Below are positions 39,318 to 49,707 of a stretch of 64,000 bases of DNA, one piece after another. Within the stretch, counting starts at the first letter, position 1. The number at the start of each line of letters is the position of its first letter. The notes under the pieces are model-generated. The model saw only the letters and a list, made by a program, of their open reading frames with translations, ran no database searches and was not told the DNA's origin. The stretch lies in the NCBI GenBank assembly GCA_963664435.2, contig CAXXKM010000003.1, positions 1,568,001 to 1,632,000 on the forward strand. Direction: 5' to 3'. A program made the position numbers and the translations under genes. Source of the DNA: Longimicrobiales bacterium (GTDB lineage Bacteria; Gemmatimonadota; Gemmatimonadetes; Longimicrobiales; Gaopeijiaceae).

Positions 39318-40598
39318 TCATCCGACGGCGACCTGGGCATCTACGTGTTCTTCGCCCTCCGAGCGCGCGATGATGGCGGCGCCGCACGAATCGCTGTAGA
39401 CGTTGACCGCCGTACGCGCCATGTCCAGCGGGCGGTCGATCGCGAGCATGGCCCCGACGATCAGGGCGGCGTCGGCGTTCCCGCCAAGCCCGATGGCCTC
39501 GAGAACGATGAAGATGACCACAAGGCCAGCCGAAGGCACCGCAGCCGCTCCGATCGACGCGAGAAGCGCGGTCAGTACAACCGTGGCCTGCGTCATGAAG
39601 CTGAGGTCGGCGCCCAGAGCCTGGGCGATGAAGAGCGCCCCGACGCATTCGAAGACCGCCGTTCCGTCCATGTTCACCGTGGCGCCCATGGGCAGCACGA
39701 AGGACGACACCTTGTTGGAAACGCCCACCTTCTCCCGCACGGTCTTGATGGTGACCGGAAGCGTCGCGCCCGAGGAACTGGTCGAGAAGGCCACCAGGAG
39801 CGGCTCGAGCATGTTGCGGAAGTGGACGATCGGTGAGATCGGGCGCCCGGACGCCAGCCGCCCTCCGAAGTACAGCACCAGCGGCAAGGTGATGAAGAGG
39901 TGAATCGTCAACCCCGACGCGAGCGTCGCGACGTACTTGGCCAGGGTTCCGAACGCTTCGAATCCGGTCGTGCCCACCATCCTCGTGATGAGGGCCAGGA
40001 CACCGATGGGCAGCAGCTTGATGATGCCGGACGTGAGGGCCATCATCGCCTTGAAGAAGGCGTCGAAGATGTCGGTAACGATGACGCGGGGGCGTTCCGG
40101 CAGGGTCGTGATGGCGGCGCCGAAGACGATGCAGAAGAAGATGATCGCCAGCATGTCCCCGGTTCCGGCCGCATCCACGAAATTGATGGGCACGATGTCG
40201 AGGATCAGCTGGATGAACGAGTCCGGCGTGTCGACCAGCATGGGATCGGTGGAGGCCTCGACGATGGTGGATCCCACGCCCGGCCGGATCAGGTTGACCA
40301 TCATGAGCCCCACCGAAGCGGCGAGGAAGCTCGACACGACGTAGTATCCCAGCGTCTTGCCGAACAGGCGGCCCACGGCCCGGCCTCCTCCCACCGACGC
40401 CACTCCGGACACGATCGAGGTGAGCACCAGCGGCACGATGATCATCCTCAGCAGCCGCATGAACAGTTCGCCGATCCAGCCGATCGCCTGGGCGCCGGCT
40501 TCGCCGAAGGTGACTCCGGCGATCGAACCCAGGATCATCGCGGCAAGAACCTGCCAGTGCAGCCGCCGGTAGAAGGGGAGGTCGGGATTGTATTCCAT
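39318..40598 (-). CDS. Dicarboxylate/amino acid:cation symporter (DAACS)
   Basis: LLRMIIVPLV, FSTSSSGATLP, GATVNMDGTA, DRPLDMARTAVNV. Confidence 0.95.
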   Translation of the reverse strand: MEYNPDLPFYRRLHWQVLAAMILGSIAGVTFGEAGAQAIGWIGELFMRLLRMIIVPLVLTSIVSGVASVGGGRAVGRLFGKTLGYYVVSSFLAASVGLMMVNLIRPGVGSTIVEASTDPMLVDTPDSFIQLILDIVPINFVDAAGTGDMLAIIFFCIVFGAAITTLPERPRVIVTDIFDAFFKAMMALTSGIIKLLPIGVLALITRMVGTTGFEAFGTLAKYVATLASGLTIHLFITLPLVLYFGGRLASGRPISPIVHFRNMLEPLLVAFSTSSSGATLPVTIKTVREKVGVSNKVSSFVLPMGATVNMDGTAVFECVGALFIAQALGADLSFMTQATVVLTALLASIGAAAVPSAGLVVIFIVLEAIGLGGNADAALIVGAMLAIDRPLDMARTAVNVYSDSCGAAIIARSEGEEHVDAQVAVG

Positions 40599-40704
40599 GG
40601 GTAGCTACTCTGAGGAGGGGATGGATGGGCGTCCTGAAGGGGTTCGTCCCGGGCGGCAACGTGGTGGTCGAGACCGCGTTTCGTCAAGCTCCGGTCCCGG
40701 CCCG

Positions 40705-41643
40705 ATGAGGGCGGCGCGGATGCTGCTGTCGGCGGCGCTCATGGTGACCGTCGCATGCGCCGCCGAGCCCGGGAGCCCCGGCAGCGCGCGCGTCGAAGAC
40801 CCGGCCCTCGCGCCGCTGGACTCGCTCGCCGGCAACCGGTACGAGCGCCATCTGGCCTTCTTTGCGTTGGAGGACGAAAATCCGCTGGTGGTTGCCTGGT
40901 CGTTTTCGGCGGACACCGGCGCGGACGCCATCGACAGGGAGGCGCGCATCTGGCTGGCGCGCGGAGGAGTGTGGGACGCTTTCTTCCGGTCCTCCTGGGA
41001 GACCCCCCCGGTCCGGGCTCCATGGCGCATCATCCCGCACGAGGGCATCCGCATCATCGTTGCGGAACGGGATGCGCTGACCGCCCTCCTCTACCGCAGC
41101 GCGGGCCGGGAGCTGGAGATGTGGCTCGGGGACGCGCTGGCGGGATGGAGCAGTCGTCCCGGCGAACTGATCCAGGTGAGAGGCGCCTCGACGGTTCTGT
41201 CCGAGAACGCCGTCGCGGGAACGCTGGTCGACATTTCCTTTGCCCGGCAGGCCTCGGACGCGACACCCGGGAGCTGGGCGCTTCTCATCTCCGAGGACAT
41301 CCATGTGTTTCTGCGAGGACCGTTCGATGCGGCCGCCGACTCCACCTTCCAGGGTTGGGGTACGCTGCGCGCGCGCAATTTCGACTGGCCGGACGTGGTC
41401 GTGACGGCGACCCGCTCGAGGGCATTCGAACCGGCCCGCCGCGACGTTCCGGTTGCGTGGCGCTTCCAGTCGCCCGACGCCGACCTGACGGGTAGAATCG
41501 AGGCCATGAGCACGCACATGGAGGCCGGGGAGGGGCCGGGTCCGCAGTTGCCCGTAATCGCCATCTCCGAAGTGGAAGGCTCGATCACGATCGAGACCAT
41601 CCCGCATCGGGTGCGCGGCATCCTCTACCATCGCACACCCTGA
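40705..41643 (+). CDS. Hypothetical beta-rich lipoprotein
   Basis: Lipobox TVAC after ATG 40705; Trp-rich beta strands; abuts the next gene. Confidence 0.65.
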   Translation: MRAARMLLSAALMVTVACAAEPGSPGSARVEDPALAPLDSLAGNRYERHLAFFALEDENPLVVAWSFSADTGADAIDREARIWLARGGVWDAFFRSSWETPPVRAPWRIIPHEGIRIIVAERDALTALLYRSAGRELEMWLGDALAGWSSRPGELIQVRGASTVLSENAVAGTLVDISFARQASDATPGSWALLISEDIHVFLRGPFDAAADSTFQGWGTLRARNFDWPDVVVTATRSRAFEPARRDVPVAWRFQSPDADLTGRIEAMSTHMEAGEGPGPQLPVIAISEVEGSITIETIPHRVRGILYHRTP

Positions 41644-41656
41644 GCCGCATCACCCC

Positions 41657-43225
41657 TTGTTCGAGAACCTGATCGCCCCGTTGCTCACCATCGCCTTCGG
41701 TGCGTTGGCGGGCGGGCTGACCAACTCGATCGCGATCTGGATGCTCTTCCACCCGTACGAGCCGTTGCGCGTGCGTGGCCGGAAGATCGGTTTCCTGCAG
41801 GGCGCGGTCCCCAAGAACCAGCCGCGCCTGGCCGCGGCCGTCGGCCGGACGGTCGGAAACCGCCTGCTCACCGAATCCGACCTGGAGCGGACGTTCGCCG
41901 ATGAAGAGTTCCGGCGCGCCTTCGATCGGCGCCTGGGCGCGTTCGTGGACGTGCTGCTCCTGGAGGAGCGCGGTTCCCTCCGGGAGATCCTGCCCGCGTC
42001 GATCCTGCCCGAGGTGGAATCGGCGCTGCACCACTCGGCGGTCAGGGTCCGCGAGCAGATCGCGTCCTGGCTCGACTCGGTGGAGTTCGAACGGGCGGTC
42101 GAGGACCGCGCCGGGTCGATTGTGGAAGCACTCTCGGACGTGCCCATCGGCGGGGCGCTCACGCCTGCCCGCAGCGCCGCGCTGGCATCCGCGCTCGACG
42201 GATGGATGGAGGGCACGCTGGGCAGCGACGGCTTCTACCGGGCGGTGGACGACTACCTGTCCTCGGCGGCCCGCTCGCTGCTCTCTCCCGAAAAGACCTT
42301 CGAGCAGACGATTCCGCCCGGAATGGTGGCCGCGTTCGAACGGGGGCTCGCGGACTACCTGCCGCTGGCGATCGCCCGGCTCGGCTCCCTGCTCGAGGAC
42401 GATGGGGCGCGCGCCCGCTTCGAACGGGGCATCAACGACCTGCTGCAGCGCTTCATGCGCGACCTGCGTTTCCACCAGCGGGTGGTGGCGCGCCTGGTCA
42501 TCACCGAGGACACCGTCGAACGGGTCCTGGACGCGATCCGGGAGGAAGGGGCGGAACAGATCGCGCGCATGCTGAAGGATCCCGCGGTCCAGGCGGCCAT
42601 GTCGCGCGGCATCAACGACGCGGTCGTCGATTTCCTGCGCCGTCCCGTCCACCTGGTGCTGGGCGAAGCCGACAGCGAGAGCGTGGTGGCGGCGCGCCAG
42701 ACTGTGGCCAATTGGGTGACCTCGACGGCGCGCGATCCCGCCACACGCAGATTCCTGGTGGGCAAGCTCGAGACGGCGCTGCACGAAGCCGGTGCGCGCA
42801 GCTGGGGCGAGGTGCTGGAGCGCGTCCCTCCCGCTTCGATCGCCGGCGGGCTGGTCTCGCTCGCCAGCAGCGACGCCGCCGCCCGCCTGATCGACGGCGC
42901 GGGCCGCCAGCTCGTCGACACCGTCCTCGACCGCCCCATCGGAGTACCCGCGCGCTGGCTCCCCGACGGTGCAGCCGATCGCCTCAAGCAGGGACTGGGC
43001 GCACCGGTCTGGGAATGGCTGCAGGCCCAGGTGCCCGCGGTGGTTCGGCAGATCGACGTGGCGCGGCGCGTCGAGGAGAAGGTGCTGGCGTTCCCCGCTT
43101 CGCGCATGGAAGAGATCGTGCGCCGGGTGACCGAGCGGGAACTGAAGCTGATCGTGCGCCTGGGCTACGTGCTCGGGGGCATCATCGGCACCGTGCTGGT
43201 GCTCGTGACCCGGCTGGTGGGTTAG
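41657..43225 (+). CDS. DUF445-family membrane-anchored helical protein
   Basis: GGLTNSIAIWMLFHP...GAVPK; C-terminal ELKLIVRLGYVLGGIIG. Confidence 0.88.
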   Translation: MFENLIAPLLTIAFGALAGGLTNSIAIWMLFHPYEPLRVRGRKIGFLQGAVPKNQPRLAAAVGRTVGNRLLTESDLERTFADEEFRRAFDRRLGAFVDVLLLEERGSLREILPASILPEVESALHHSAVRVREQIASWLDSVEFERAVEDRAGSIVEALSDVPIGGALTPARSAALASALDGWMEGTLGSDGFYRAVDDYLSSAARSLLSPEKTFEQTIPPGMVAAFERGLADYLPLAIARLGSLLEDDGARARFERGINDLLQRFMRDLRFHQRVVARLVITEDTVERVLDAIREEGAEQIARMLKDPAVQAAMSRGINDAVVDFLRRPVHLVLGEADSESVVAARQTVANWVTSTARDPATRRFLVGKLETALHEAGARSWGEVLERVPPASIAGGLVSLASSDAAARLIDGAGRQLVDTVLDRPIGVPARWLPDGAADRLKQGLGAPVWEWLQAQVPAVVRQIDVARRVEEKVLAFPASRMEEIVRRVTERELKLIVRLGYVLGGIIGTVLVLVTRLVG

Positions 43226-43286
43226 GCGGTCGCGAAGGCGGTCGCCATGCTTGATGGCTGATGGGCCACGGGGGGGGAAGCCTGGC

Positions 43287-43523
43287 CTACCTGGACAGGT
43301 CGAACGGCCCCCGGCTCTGCTGACGGCGTCGGTGCGACGCCCGCTCCTGCTTCTTCTGCATCAGGCCGAGGAAGGTGAAGTGGCGCGTGGCCCGCTCCCG
43401 CGGGAGGTTCTTGCCCATCCGCTCTTCGACTTCTTCCACGGTGGGGCCGCGTCCGAAGGAGAGTCCCAGGAAAACCCCGAGCGCGAGCGCGAGGACGCCG
43501 CCCAGTATCTTCAGGAGCAGCAT
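43287..43523 (-). CDS. Small single-TM hypothetical protein
   Basis: GGAGGAG RBS, N-terminal hydrophobic helix, basic tail. Confidence 0.65.
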   Translation of the reverse strand: MLLLKILGGVLALALGVFLGLSFGRGPTVEEVEERMGKNLPRERATRHFTFLGLMQKKQERASHRRRQQSRGPFDLSR

Positions 43524-43545
43524 TCGTTTCTCCTCCGGGGAGTTC

Positions 43546-43692
43546 TCAGCGCCTGAGCGACTCGGGCACCAGAAGGAGCATCAGACCGGTGACCATCATG
43601 ATCGCGACCGCGTTGGTCCCCACCGCGACCAGCGCCACCACGCCCCAGAAGACCACGTGGGTGAAGATGTAGCCGCCAGGCACCCAGCTCAT
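43546..43692 (-). CDS. Small hydrophobic membrane protein (48 aa)
   Basis: GAGGGG RBS; MSWVPGGYIFTHVVFWGVVALVAV... Confidence 0.5.
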   Translation of the reverse strand: MSWVPGGYIFTHVVFWGVVALVAVGTNAVAIMMVTGLMLLLVPESLRR

Positions 43693-43788
43693 GTTGCCCC
43701 TCGCGCGAGCGGTTCGAAGTTCGTGAACAGGGGCGTCGAATCCCCCGTTTGCCGGCATCAATATGGGCCCCGCGGGGAAGCCTGTCCA

Positions 43789-44142
43789 TCAGGTCTGCGC
43801 TTCGGCGCCCCGGGACGGTCTGGCGCGCGTCTCCTCGATCACCCATTCCAGGTACGCGGGATTGCCGGCCGAGACGGGAAGAGCGAGGATCTCGGGGACG
43901 TCGTAGGGATGCAGTTCGCGCGTCCGCCGCGTGAGCGCTTCGACCCGGTCGGCCGCCGTCTTGAGCACCACCAGCGCTTCTTCCTCCTCCTCCACCGCGC
44001 CCTGCCAACGGTACACCGACGTCACCGCCGGCACCACGCTCCCGCATGCCGCCAGCCGTTCCTCGACCAGGACTCGGGCCAACTGCCGTCCGGCTTCGGC
44101 TCCCGGCGTGGAAACCAGCACCACCCGGTGCGCATCCGACAC
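43789..44142 (-). CDS. cutA: Divalent-cation tolerance protein CutA
   Basis: LVEERLAAC, SVYRWQG, HPYDVPEI, YLEW. Confidence 0.93.
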   Translation of the reverse strand: MSDAHRVVLVSTPGAEAGRQLARVLVEERLAACGSVVPAVTSVYRWQGAVEEEEEALVVLKTAADRVEALTRRTRELHPYDVPEILALPVSAGNPAYLEWVIEETRARPSRGAEAQT

Positions 44143-44173
44143 CCGACGCTCTCCCGGCTCGAGAAAGGCCCGC

Positions 44174-45979
44174 TCAGCCCGCGAAGTAGTCGCGGTCGAC
44201 GTTCGCTTCGTCGTACAGCGACTCGATGAGCGCACCGTAGCGCTCCTCCACGCTACGTCGCCGGACCTTCTGGGTCGGTGTCAGCGTCCCGTCCTCGATC
44301 GTGAACGCCGTCGCCAGGAAGGCCGTCTTCTTGGGCGTCTCGAAACTGGCCAGGTCCGCCAGCGATGCCTTGACCCTGCCCCCCAGAAACTCCTGGCACC
44401 TCGCATCCCGGAGCAGCGCCCCGAGGTCCGAGGCGTCGATCTCGCCGGCGGCCGCCCAACGGTTCAGCTGCTCGAAGTCGGGCACCACGAGAAGAGCGGG
44501 AAAACGGCGCCGGTCGCCCACCATGACCGCCTGGTCGATGTACGGGTCGAGCTTGAGCCGGTTCTCGATCGGCTGTGGCGCGATGTTCTTGCCGCCGGCG
44601 GTGACGATGATGTCCTTCTTGCGGTCGGTAATGCGGAGATAGCCGTCCTCGTCGAACTCGCCGATGTCGCCGGTCTTGAACCACCCTTCCTCGTCGATGG
44701 CTTCGGCGGTGTCCTCGGGGCGGTTGAAGTATCCCTTCATGACCTGCGGCCCGCGAATGCAGATCTCCCCGTCGGAGGCGATGCGGATCTCCGTGCCCGG
44801 AACTGCCTTGCCGACGGTCCCGATGCGGAAGTTCTCGAAGGTGTTCACGTTGGTGACCGGGCTGGTCTCGGTCAGCCCGTATCCTTCGAGGATCTGAAGC
44901 CCGGCGGCGAAGAAGAACCTGTTGATGCCGGGCGAAAGCGGTGCGCCGCCGCTTACGAAGAAACGCAGCCGTCCGCCGACTGCCGCGCGCAGCTTGCTGA
45001 ACACCAGCTTGTCGGCCAGGGACTTGCGGACCCGCGTCCACCACCCCGGATCGCGGCCTTCCAGCACCGCGTCGGCGTGCGCGAGCCCCACCGACGACGC
45101 CCAGCCCACCAGCAGCCCCTTCACGCCCGTCGCTCCGGTTACCGTGTTGTATACCCGCTCGTACAGCCGGGGAACCGAGACGGCCACGGTCGGTCGCACG
45201 ATCTTCAGGTCCTCGGCCACGGTCGTCATGTCGCGCCCGTACGCGATGGTGCACCCCACGCTGAAGAAGACGTAGTCCACCATGCGCTGGAAGACGTGCG
45301 ACAGGGGCAGGAAACTGAGCGTGGTGTCGGTGTCCGAAATGTCGAGCAGCGTCCGGGACACGTGCACGTTCGAGCCGATGTTGGCATGGGTGAGCAATAC
45401 GCCCTTCGGATGGCCTGTCGTGCCCGAGGTATAGAGGATGGTGGCGACCGCCTCGGGCCGCGCGGCGAGCGCCTCCTCCCGAAACGCCTCTTCGCTAAGG
45501 CCGACGGGATCGAGTTGCACGAAGTCGCGCCATGCCATGGTGCCTTCGGGCATCTCGCCGGGGGCATCGAAAACGATGATGTGGCGGAGTTCGGGGCACT
45601 GGTCCCGAACCTCCATGAGCTTCGCGAGCTGTACATCGTCCTCGGCGAAAACGGCCCGGGCGCCCGAGTCTCGCAGAATGTAGGCGATCTGGGGCGCGGT
45701 CAGGCTGGGATAGATCGGGACGTCGCGGACGCCGGCGCACAGGCAGGCGTAGTCGGCGAGCGCCCACTCGGGGCGGTTGGCGGAAAGGATGGCCGCCGCC
45801 TCCCCGCGCCCGATCCCGAGTGCGCGCAGCCCGCTCGCGGCCATCCGGGTGGTGCGGAACACTTCATCGTAGGAGATCCGCGACCAGGTCAGGTCGGCAG
45901 TCGGAGCCCTCAGCGCGGTTGCGCTGCCGAATCGCTCGACCGCCTCCAGAAACAGGCTGGTGAGCGTGGCGGAGCTCAC
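44174..45979 (-). CDS. Long-chain fatty acid--CoA ligase
   Basis: YTSGTTGHPKG, FLPLSH, EGYGLTETSP, WFKTGDIG, DRKKD, TPTQK; start GTG 45979. Confidence 0.92.
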   Translation of the reverse strand: MSSATLTSLFLEAVERFGSATALRAPTADLTWSRISYDEVFRTTRMAASGLRALGIGRGEAAAILSANRPEWALADYACLCAGVRDVPIYPSLTAPQIAYILRDSGARAVFAEDDVQLAKLMEVRDQCPELRHIIVFDAPGEMPEGTMAWRDFVQLDPVGLSEEAFREEALAARPEAVATILYTSGTTGHPKGVLLTHANIGSNVHVSRTLLDISDTDTTLSFLPLSHVFQRMVDYVFFSVGCTIAYGRDMTTVAEDLKIVRPTVAVSVPRLYERVYNTVTGATGVKGLLVGWASSVGLAHADAVLEGRDPGWWTRVRKSLADKLVFSKLRAAVGGRLRFFVSGGAPLSPGINRFFFAAGLQILEGYGLTETSPVTNVNTFENFRIGTVGKAVPGTEIRIASDGEICIRGPQVMKGYFNRPEDTAEAIDEEGWFKTGDIGEFDEDGYLRITDRKKDIIVTAGGKNIAPQPIENRLKLDPYIDQAVMVGDRRRFPALLVVPDFEQLNRWAAAGEIDASDLGALLRDARCQEFLGGRVKASLADLASFETPKKTAFLATAFTIEDGTLTPTQKVRRRSVEERYGALIESLYDEANVDRDYFAG

Positions 45980-46443
45980 GGCGCCCCCGGCGCGGCAGCC
46001 GGCGTCCGATACCGGATGCGGGTCGTGATCCGGATGTCGCTGCGCAGCGAGTTGAGGGCGCTGCAATACTTGTCGCGCGACAGCTCGACCGCGCGCTCGA
46101 CCCGCGCGGAGTCCTCGGGTCGGGGTCCGGAGAGGACGACGTCGAGGCCGATGCGGGTGTAGCGGCGGGGATGATCTTCGGCGCGCGAACCCCGGACGAC
46201 GAAATCCAGTTCCTCGAGCGGCACCCGCGACTTGCGCAGAATCTCCTGGATGTCGATCCCCATGCACGCGGCGACGCCCAGCAGCAGCGTGTCCATGGGA
46301 GAGGGCCCGCGCGCGCCGTCCCCATCGATGGTCATGGCCGGATCGCCAGCCCCGGACCGACCCTCGTAGGCCCGCCCCGTGCCCAGCCAGGAGAGGCGGA
46401 CCTCCCTATCCATCCCCATCTGCAGCCCCCTGCTCCAGTTCAC
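45976..46443 (-). CDS. OsmC/Ohr-family protein (YhfA-like)
   Basis: GPSPMDTLLLGVAAC, LSRDKYCS; start may be ~30 nt downstream. Confidence 0.88.
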   Translation of the reverse strand: MNWSRGLQMGMDREVRLSWLGTGRAYEGRSGAGDPAMTIDGDGARGPSPMDTLLLGVAACMGIDIQEILRKSRVPLEELDFVVRGSRAEDHPRRYTRIGLDVVLSGPRPEDSARVERAVELSRDKYCSALNSLRSDIRITTRIRYRTPAAAPGAP

Positions 46444-46846
46444 GCTTCAAAGTCGCCAGTGTGCTGCGCGCATGGGAGATGTGCTGCTCGTACTCGGGAC
46501 CCCGGGGAGGGTTGGCGAGGAACGTGCTGAGGTGATCGACGGCCGCCCTCTTCTGTCCGGCACGCCGCAGCAGAAACCCGAGCCCGTAGTGGGCCCCGGC
46601 CGTATCCGGATGCTTGCGCAATACGTGGCGATAGGTCTTCGCCGCCTCGTCCGACATCCCGATCCGGGTGTAGACCATGGCGATTTCCTGCAGGATGACG
46701 GGGTCTCCGGGAGACTCCTTCAAGGCGAGATTGAAGGAGTTCAGCGCGTCCTGGTACTTGCCCTCCTCGACGAGGGCACGCGCATCCTCATGGTAGTCTG
46801 TCTTGTCCGGGCCGGAGCCCCGGAAAAGACCTTTAATCCAACCCAT
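46406..46846 (-). CDS. Tetratricopeptide-repeat protein
   Basis: Three TPR-like helical pairs, e.g. AHYGLGFLL. Confidence 0.8.
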   Translation of the reverse strand: MGWIKGLFRGSGPDKTDYHEDARALVEEGKYQDALNSFNLALKESPGDPVILQEIAMVYTRIGMSDEAAKTYRHVLRKHPDTAGAHYGLGFLLRRAGQKRAAVDHLSTFLANPPRGPEYEQHISHARSTLATLKRELEQGAADGDG

Positions 46847-46945
46847 TTGGTACGTCGGTGCGGGGGATGGAGGATGGGGATCGGAAAGTGCGAGTGGCTG
46901 CGAAAACTATCCGCAGCCGAGGTGCGAAGCAAACACCGTCGGCCG

Positions 46946-47581
46946 CTAGTCGAGGCGCCCCACCAGCACGCCCTCCTCGCTCGCCAGCACCTTGAGGTCC
47001 CGGCTGCGAAAGGCCTGCTCGCCATCGGCGGAGGCACCCAGGAGGACGATGCGCCCGGCTGGCGCCAGGCATCGCGCAGCGTCGTCGAGCAGAGGTTCGG
47101 CCCACGACCCCGCCAGGGCGATGCCGGCCAGCGATCCGTCGCGCAGCGGCAGCCTTTGGGATGCCATGAGCCAGCTCGCGCCGCCAGGCGGCCGGAAGTC
47201 GCACCGCGGGGCCAGCGCAACCACCTCCACGTCGGGAAGCAGGGACGCAAGCCCGGACGCCCGGCCGGCCAGGTTCCCGGCGACCGCGATCAGCGCGGGA
47301 CCCCGGGCCACGCCGATCAGCGCGGCAAGGCGCAGCGTCTCGGGTGCGGAGGCGTCTGCCGTCGGCGGAGGGACGCCGCGCGCGCGTCGATGGGTCCGGG
47401 AGCGCGGAGGATGACGAAGATCCGCGACGCCGCGCGCGACCGGATAGAGCACGCGGCAGTTGGAGCAGCCCAGAAAGCCGTCGACCACGCTTCCCTCCTC
47501 CACCTGGTCCGCACGCAGAACCAGGCCGAAGCCCGGGCCGCAACGCGGACAGATCAGACGCTCGGTGAGCTGCGGATTCAC
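46946..47581 (-). CDS. Trm112-like zinc-finger domain fused to degenerate class I methyltransferase-like fold
   Basis: LICPRC...LGCSNC..YPV..GVADL; C-terminal LPLRDGSL...ARCLAPAGRIVL. Confidence 0.65.
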   Translation of the reverse strand: MNPQLTERLICPRCGPGFGLVLRADQVEEGSVVDGFLGCSNCRVLYPVARGVADLRHPPRSRTHRRARGVPPPTADASAPETLRLAALIGVARGPALIAVAGNLAGRASGLASLLPDVEVVALAPRCDFRPPGGASWLMASQRLPLRDGSLAGIALAGSWAEPLLDDAARCLAPAGRIVLLGASADGEQAFRSRDLKVLASEEGVLVGRLD

Positions 47582-47617
47582 GTCTTCAGCGGCGGCGCCG
47601 GACGAGGTTCGCCCACG

Positions 47618-48349
47618 TCACGCGCGTTCGATCTGCAGAAGGGGGATCTGGACGGTGGGGGGGCGGGTGGCCAGAAACAGGATGGCCTCGGCTACCTGCC
47701 GTGCTTCGAGCATGGCGTCGCGCGGCGGAAGCCCGGGGTGCAGCTCCGGGTCGATGGCATCCCAGAGCGGAGTGTCGCACGCCCCCGGCTCGACCAGCGA
47801 GGTCCGCACGCCCGTTCCGCGGGTTTCCTCCCGCAGAACCTCGTGCATGCCGCGCAGCCCGAACTTGGAGGCGGAGTAGGCGCTGTTGTCGGGAAACGCG
47901 GTACGTCCCGCCACCGAACCCACCAGCACGATCTGCCCTCGGTTCCGCCGCAGCATGTCGGGGAGGAAGGCCCGTGCCAGGAGAAAGGCGCTTCGCAGGT
48001 TGACGCTCAGGCTGCGGTCCAGATCCGCCACGCCCGTCTGGTGAAGGGGGGCGAGGGAAAACACCCCTGCCGCGTGGACGAAGATGTCGGGGGAGCCGCC
48101 CAGGCGCGCCGACACCTCCGCCGACATGGCCTCCAGCTGGCGAGCGTCGGCGAGATCCGCCGGAAGGTCGTGCGCGCCGGTCTCGCCTGCGATGCGGGCG
48201 AGCAGGTCGCGCCGCCGCGCCACCAGAAAGACCTCCGCCCCGGCCGACGCCAGCAGGCGCGCGCATGCGGCGCCGATCCCGCTGGTCGCGCCCGTCACCA
48301 GCGCGGAGCAGCCGGCCAGGACGGCCGATCGCCCGCGGGGTTCTCCCAT
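47618..48349 (-). CDS. Short-chain dehydrogenase/reductase (candidate sepiapterin-reductase-like)
   Basis: TGATSGIG, YSASK; start ATG 48349 overlaps the folE stop. Confidence 0.88.
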   Translation of the reverse strand: MGEPRGRSAVLAGCSALVTGATSGIGAACARLLASAGAEVFLVARRRDLLARIAGETGAHDLPADLADARQLEAMSAEVSARLGGSPDIFVHAAGVFSLAPLHQTGVADLDRSLSVNLRSAFLLARAFLPDMLRRNRGQIVLVGSVAGRTAFPDNSAYSASKFGLRGMHEVLREETRGTGVRTSLVEPGACDTPLWDAIDPELHPGLPPRDAMLEARQVAEAILFLATRPPTVQIPLLQIERA

Positions 48350-49005
48350 CAGTCCAGTTTCCCCGACTTCAGCGCCAGGGCGAGGAACTCCTCGCGGGTC
48401 CGTGGATCCTCCAGAAACAACCCCCGCATCGCCGACGTGAGGGTCGAGGAGTTCTGCTGTTCGACGCCCCGCATCATCATGCACAGGTGGTGCGCCTCGA
48501 CGATCACGCCCACGCCCTGCGGGCGCACCACATCCCACAGCCCCTGGGCGATCTGCTCCGTCAGCCTCTCCTGCACCTGGAGCCGGCGGGCGAAGACGTT
48601 CACGATGCGCGCCGTCTTGGAAAGTCCGACGATGCGCCCGTTCGGGATGTAGGCCACGTGGACCTTGCCGAAGAATGGCAGGAGGTGGTGTTCGCACAGG
48701 GAATACATCTCGATGTTGCGCACGAGCACCATGTTCTGGTGGCTCTCCTGGAAGAGAGCTCCGGTCATCACCTCTTCGGGCGTCTGCGCGTACCCGCTGG
48801 TGAACAGTTCCATCGAGCGCGCGACCCGGGTCGGCGTGCGCACCAGCCCCTGCCTGTCGGGATCCTCGCCGAGTCGGCGGATGATCTCGGCCACCAGCTC
48901 CTCGAACGAGGCCTGTGCCAGCGAAGCCGGGCGGGACCCGGATGCTCCCTCGCGATCCGGGCCGGGGCCGTTCCCCCGCAGGAGTTCCACTTCGCGGCTA
49001 CTCAC
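48349..49005 (-). CDS. folE: GTP cyclohydrolase I
   Basis: [36 protein letters not shown]. Confidence 0.97.
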   Translation of the reverse strand: MSSREVELLRGNGPGPDREGASGSRPASLAQASFEELVAEIIRRLGEDPDRQGLVRTPTRVARSMELFTSGYAQTPEEVMTGALFQESHQNMVLVRNIEMYSLCEHHLLPFFGKVHVAYIPNGRIVGLSKTARIVNVFARRLQVQERLTEQIAQGLWDVVRPQGVGVIVEAHHLCMMMRGVEQQNSSTLTSAMRGLFLEDPRTREEFLALALKSGKLD

Positions 49006-49414
49006 CCGAGTACTCCGCGCGGTTCCTCGGCGTCTCCCACAGGACCAGCTTCACCAGCTCCACCTCCGGGGGCATCCGTTCGCGCAGCCTGTGCCACATC
49101 GCCACGACCACGTTCTCCGTGGTGGGAATCGTCCCCTCCAGCCAGTCGACATCCAGGTTCAGGTTGGCGTGGTCCACCTCGGCGACCACCCGTTCCTGCA
49201 CCAGATCGCGCAACCGCTTCAGGTCCAGGACGTAACCCGTGTCAGGGTCGACCGGTCCCTCCACGGTCACGTCCAGCTCGTAGTTGTGGCCGTGCCAGTT
49301 GGGATTGGCGCAACTGCGGAACACCTCCTGGTTGCGCTCGTCGGACCACTCGGGCCGGTGCAGCCGGTGGGCGGCGCAGAAGTGCATCCTCCGCGTGATC
49401 CTTACCCGCGGCAT
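48998..49414 (-). CDS. 6-pyruvoyl-tetrahydropterin synthase, PTPS-II-like
   Basis: FCAAHRL...[11 protein letters not shown] (CX5HGH), TTEN, LWET. Confidence 0.88.
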   Translation of the reverse strand: MPRVRITRRMHFCAAHRLHRPEWSDERNQEVFRSCANPNWHGHNYELDVTVEGPVDPDTGYVLDLKRLRDLVQERVVAEVDHANLNLDVDWLEGTIPTTENVVVAMWHRLRERMPPEVELVKLVLWETPRNRAEYSGE

Positions 49415-49707
49415 CTTTCCCTTCCCGCTGCGGACACGAGGACGGCCATCAGAAAAACAGGAGACCGGCGCCCCGTCGGACGCCAGCCTCCCGACATTTC
49501 GGAGGAGATATTTGAAGCCCGGGTACGAATCCTTGGCGACCTCCCCGCGAGTTCCGCAGTCCCCGGTTCCGGGGCATTGCGTCCGGCGCGAGAGCCAGTC
49601 CCGGCCTCATTGTGTTGGCTCAATTATCGATTGGCCTCCGAAACGCAAGGCAAAAGTAGCGATGCCGATCATGTTTGTCCAACAGCCGCCGACTCGCGTC
49701 CTCGCGC

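Noticed and set aside
48998..49414. queD / queuosine pathway
   Set aside because: CX5HGH rather than CX3HGH, and no queC/queE/queF nearby.
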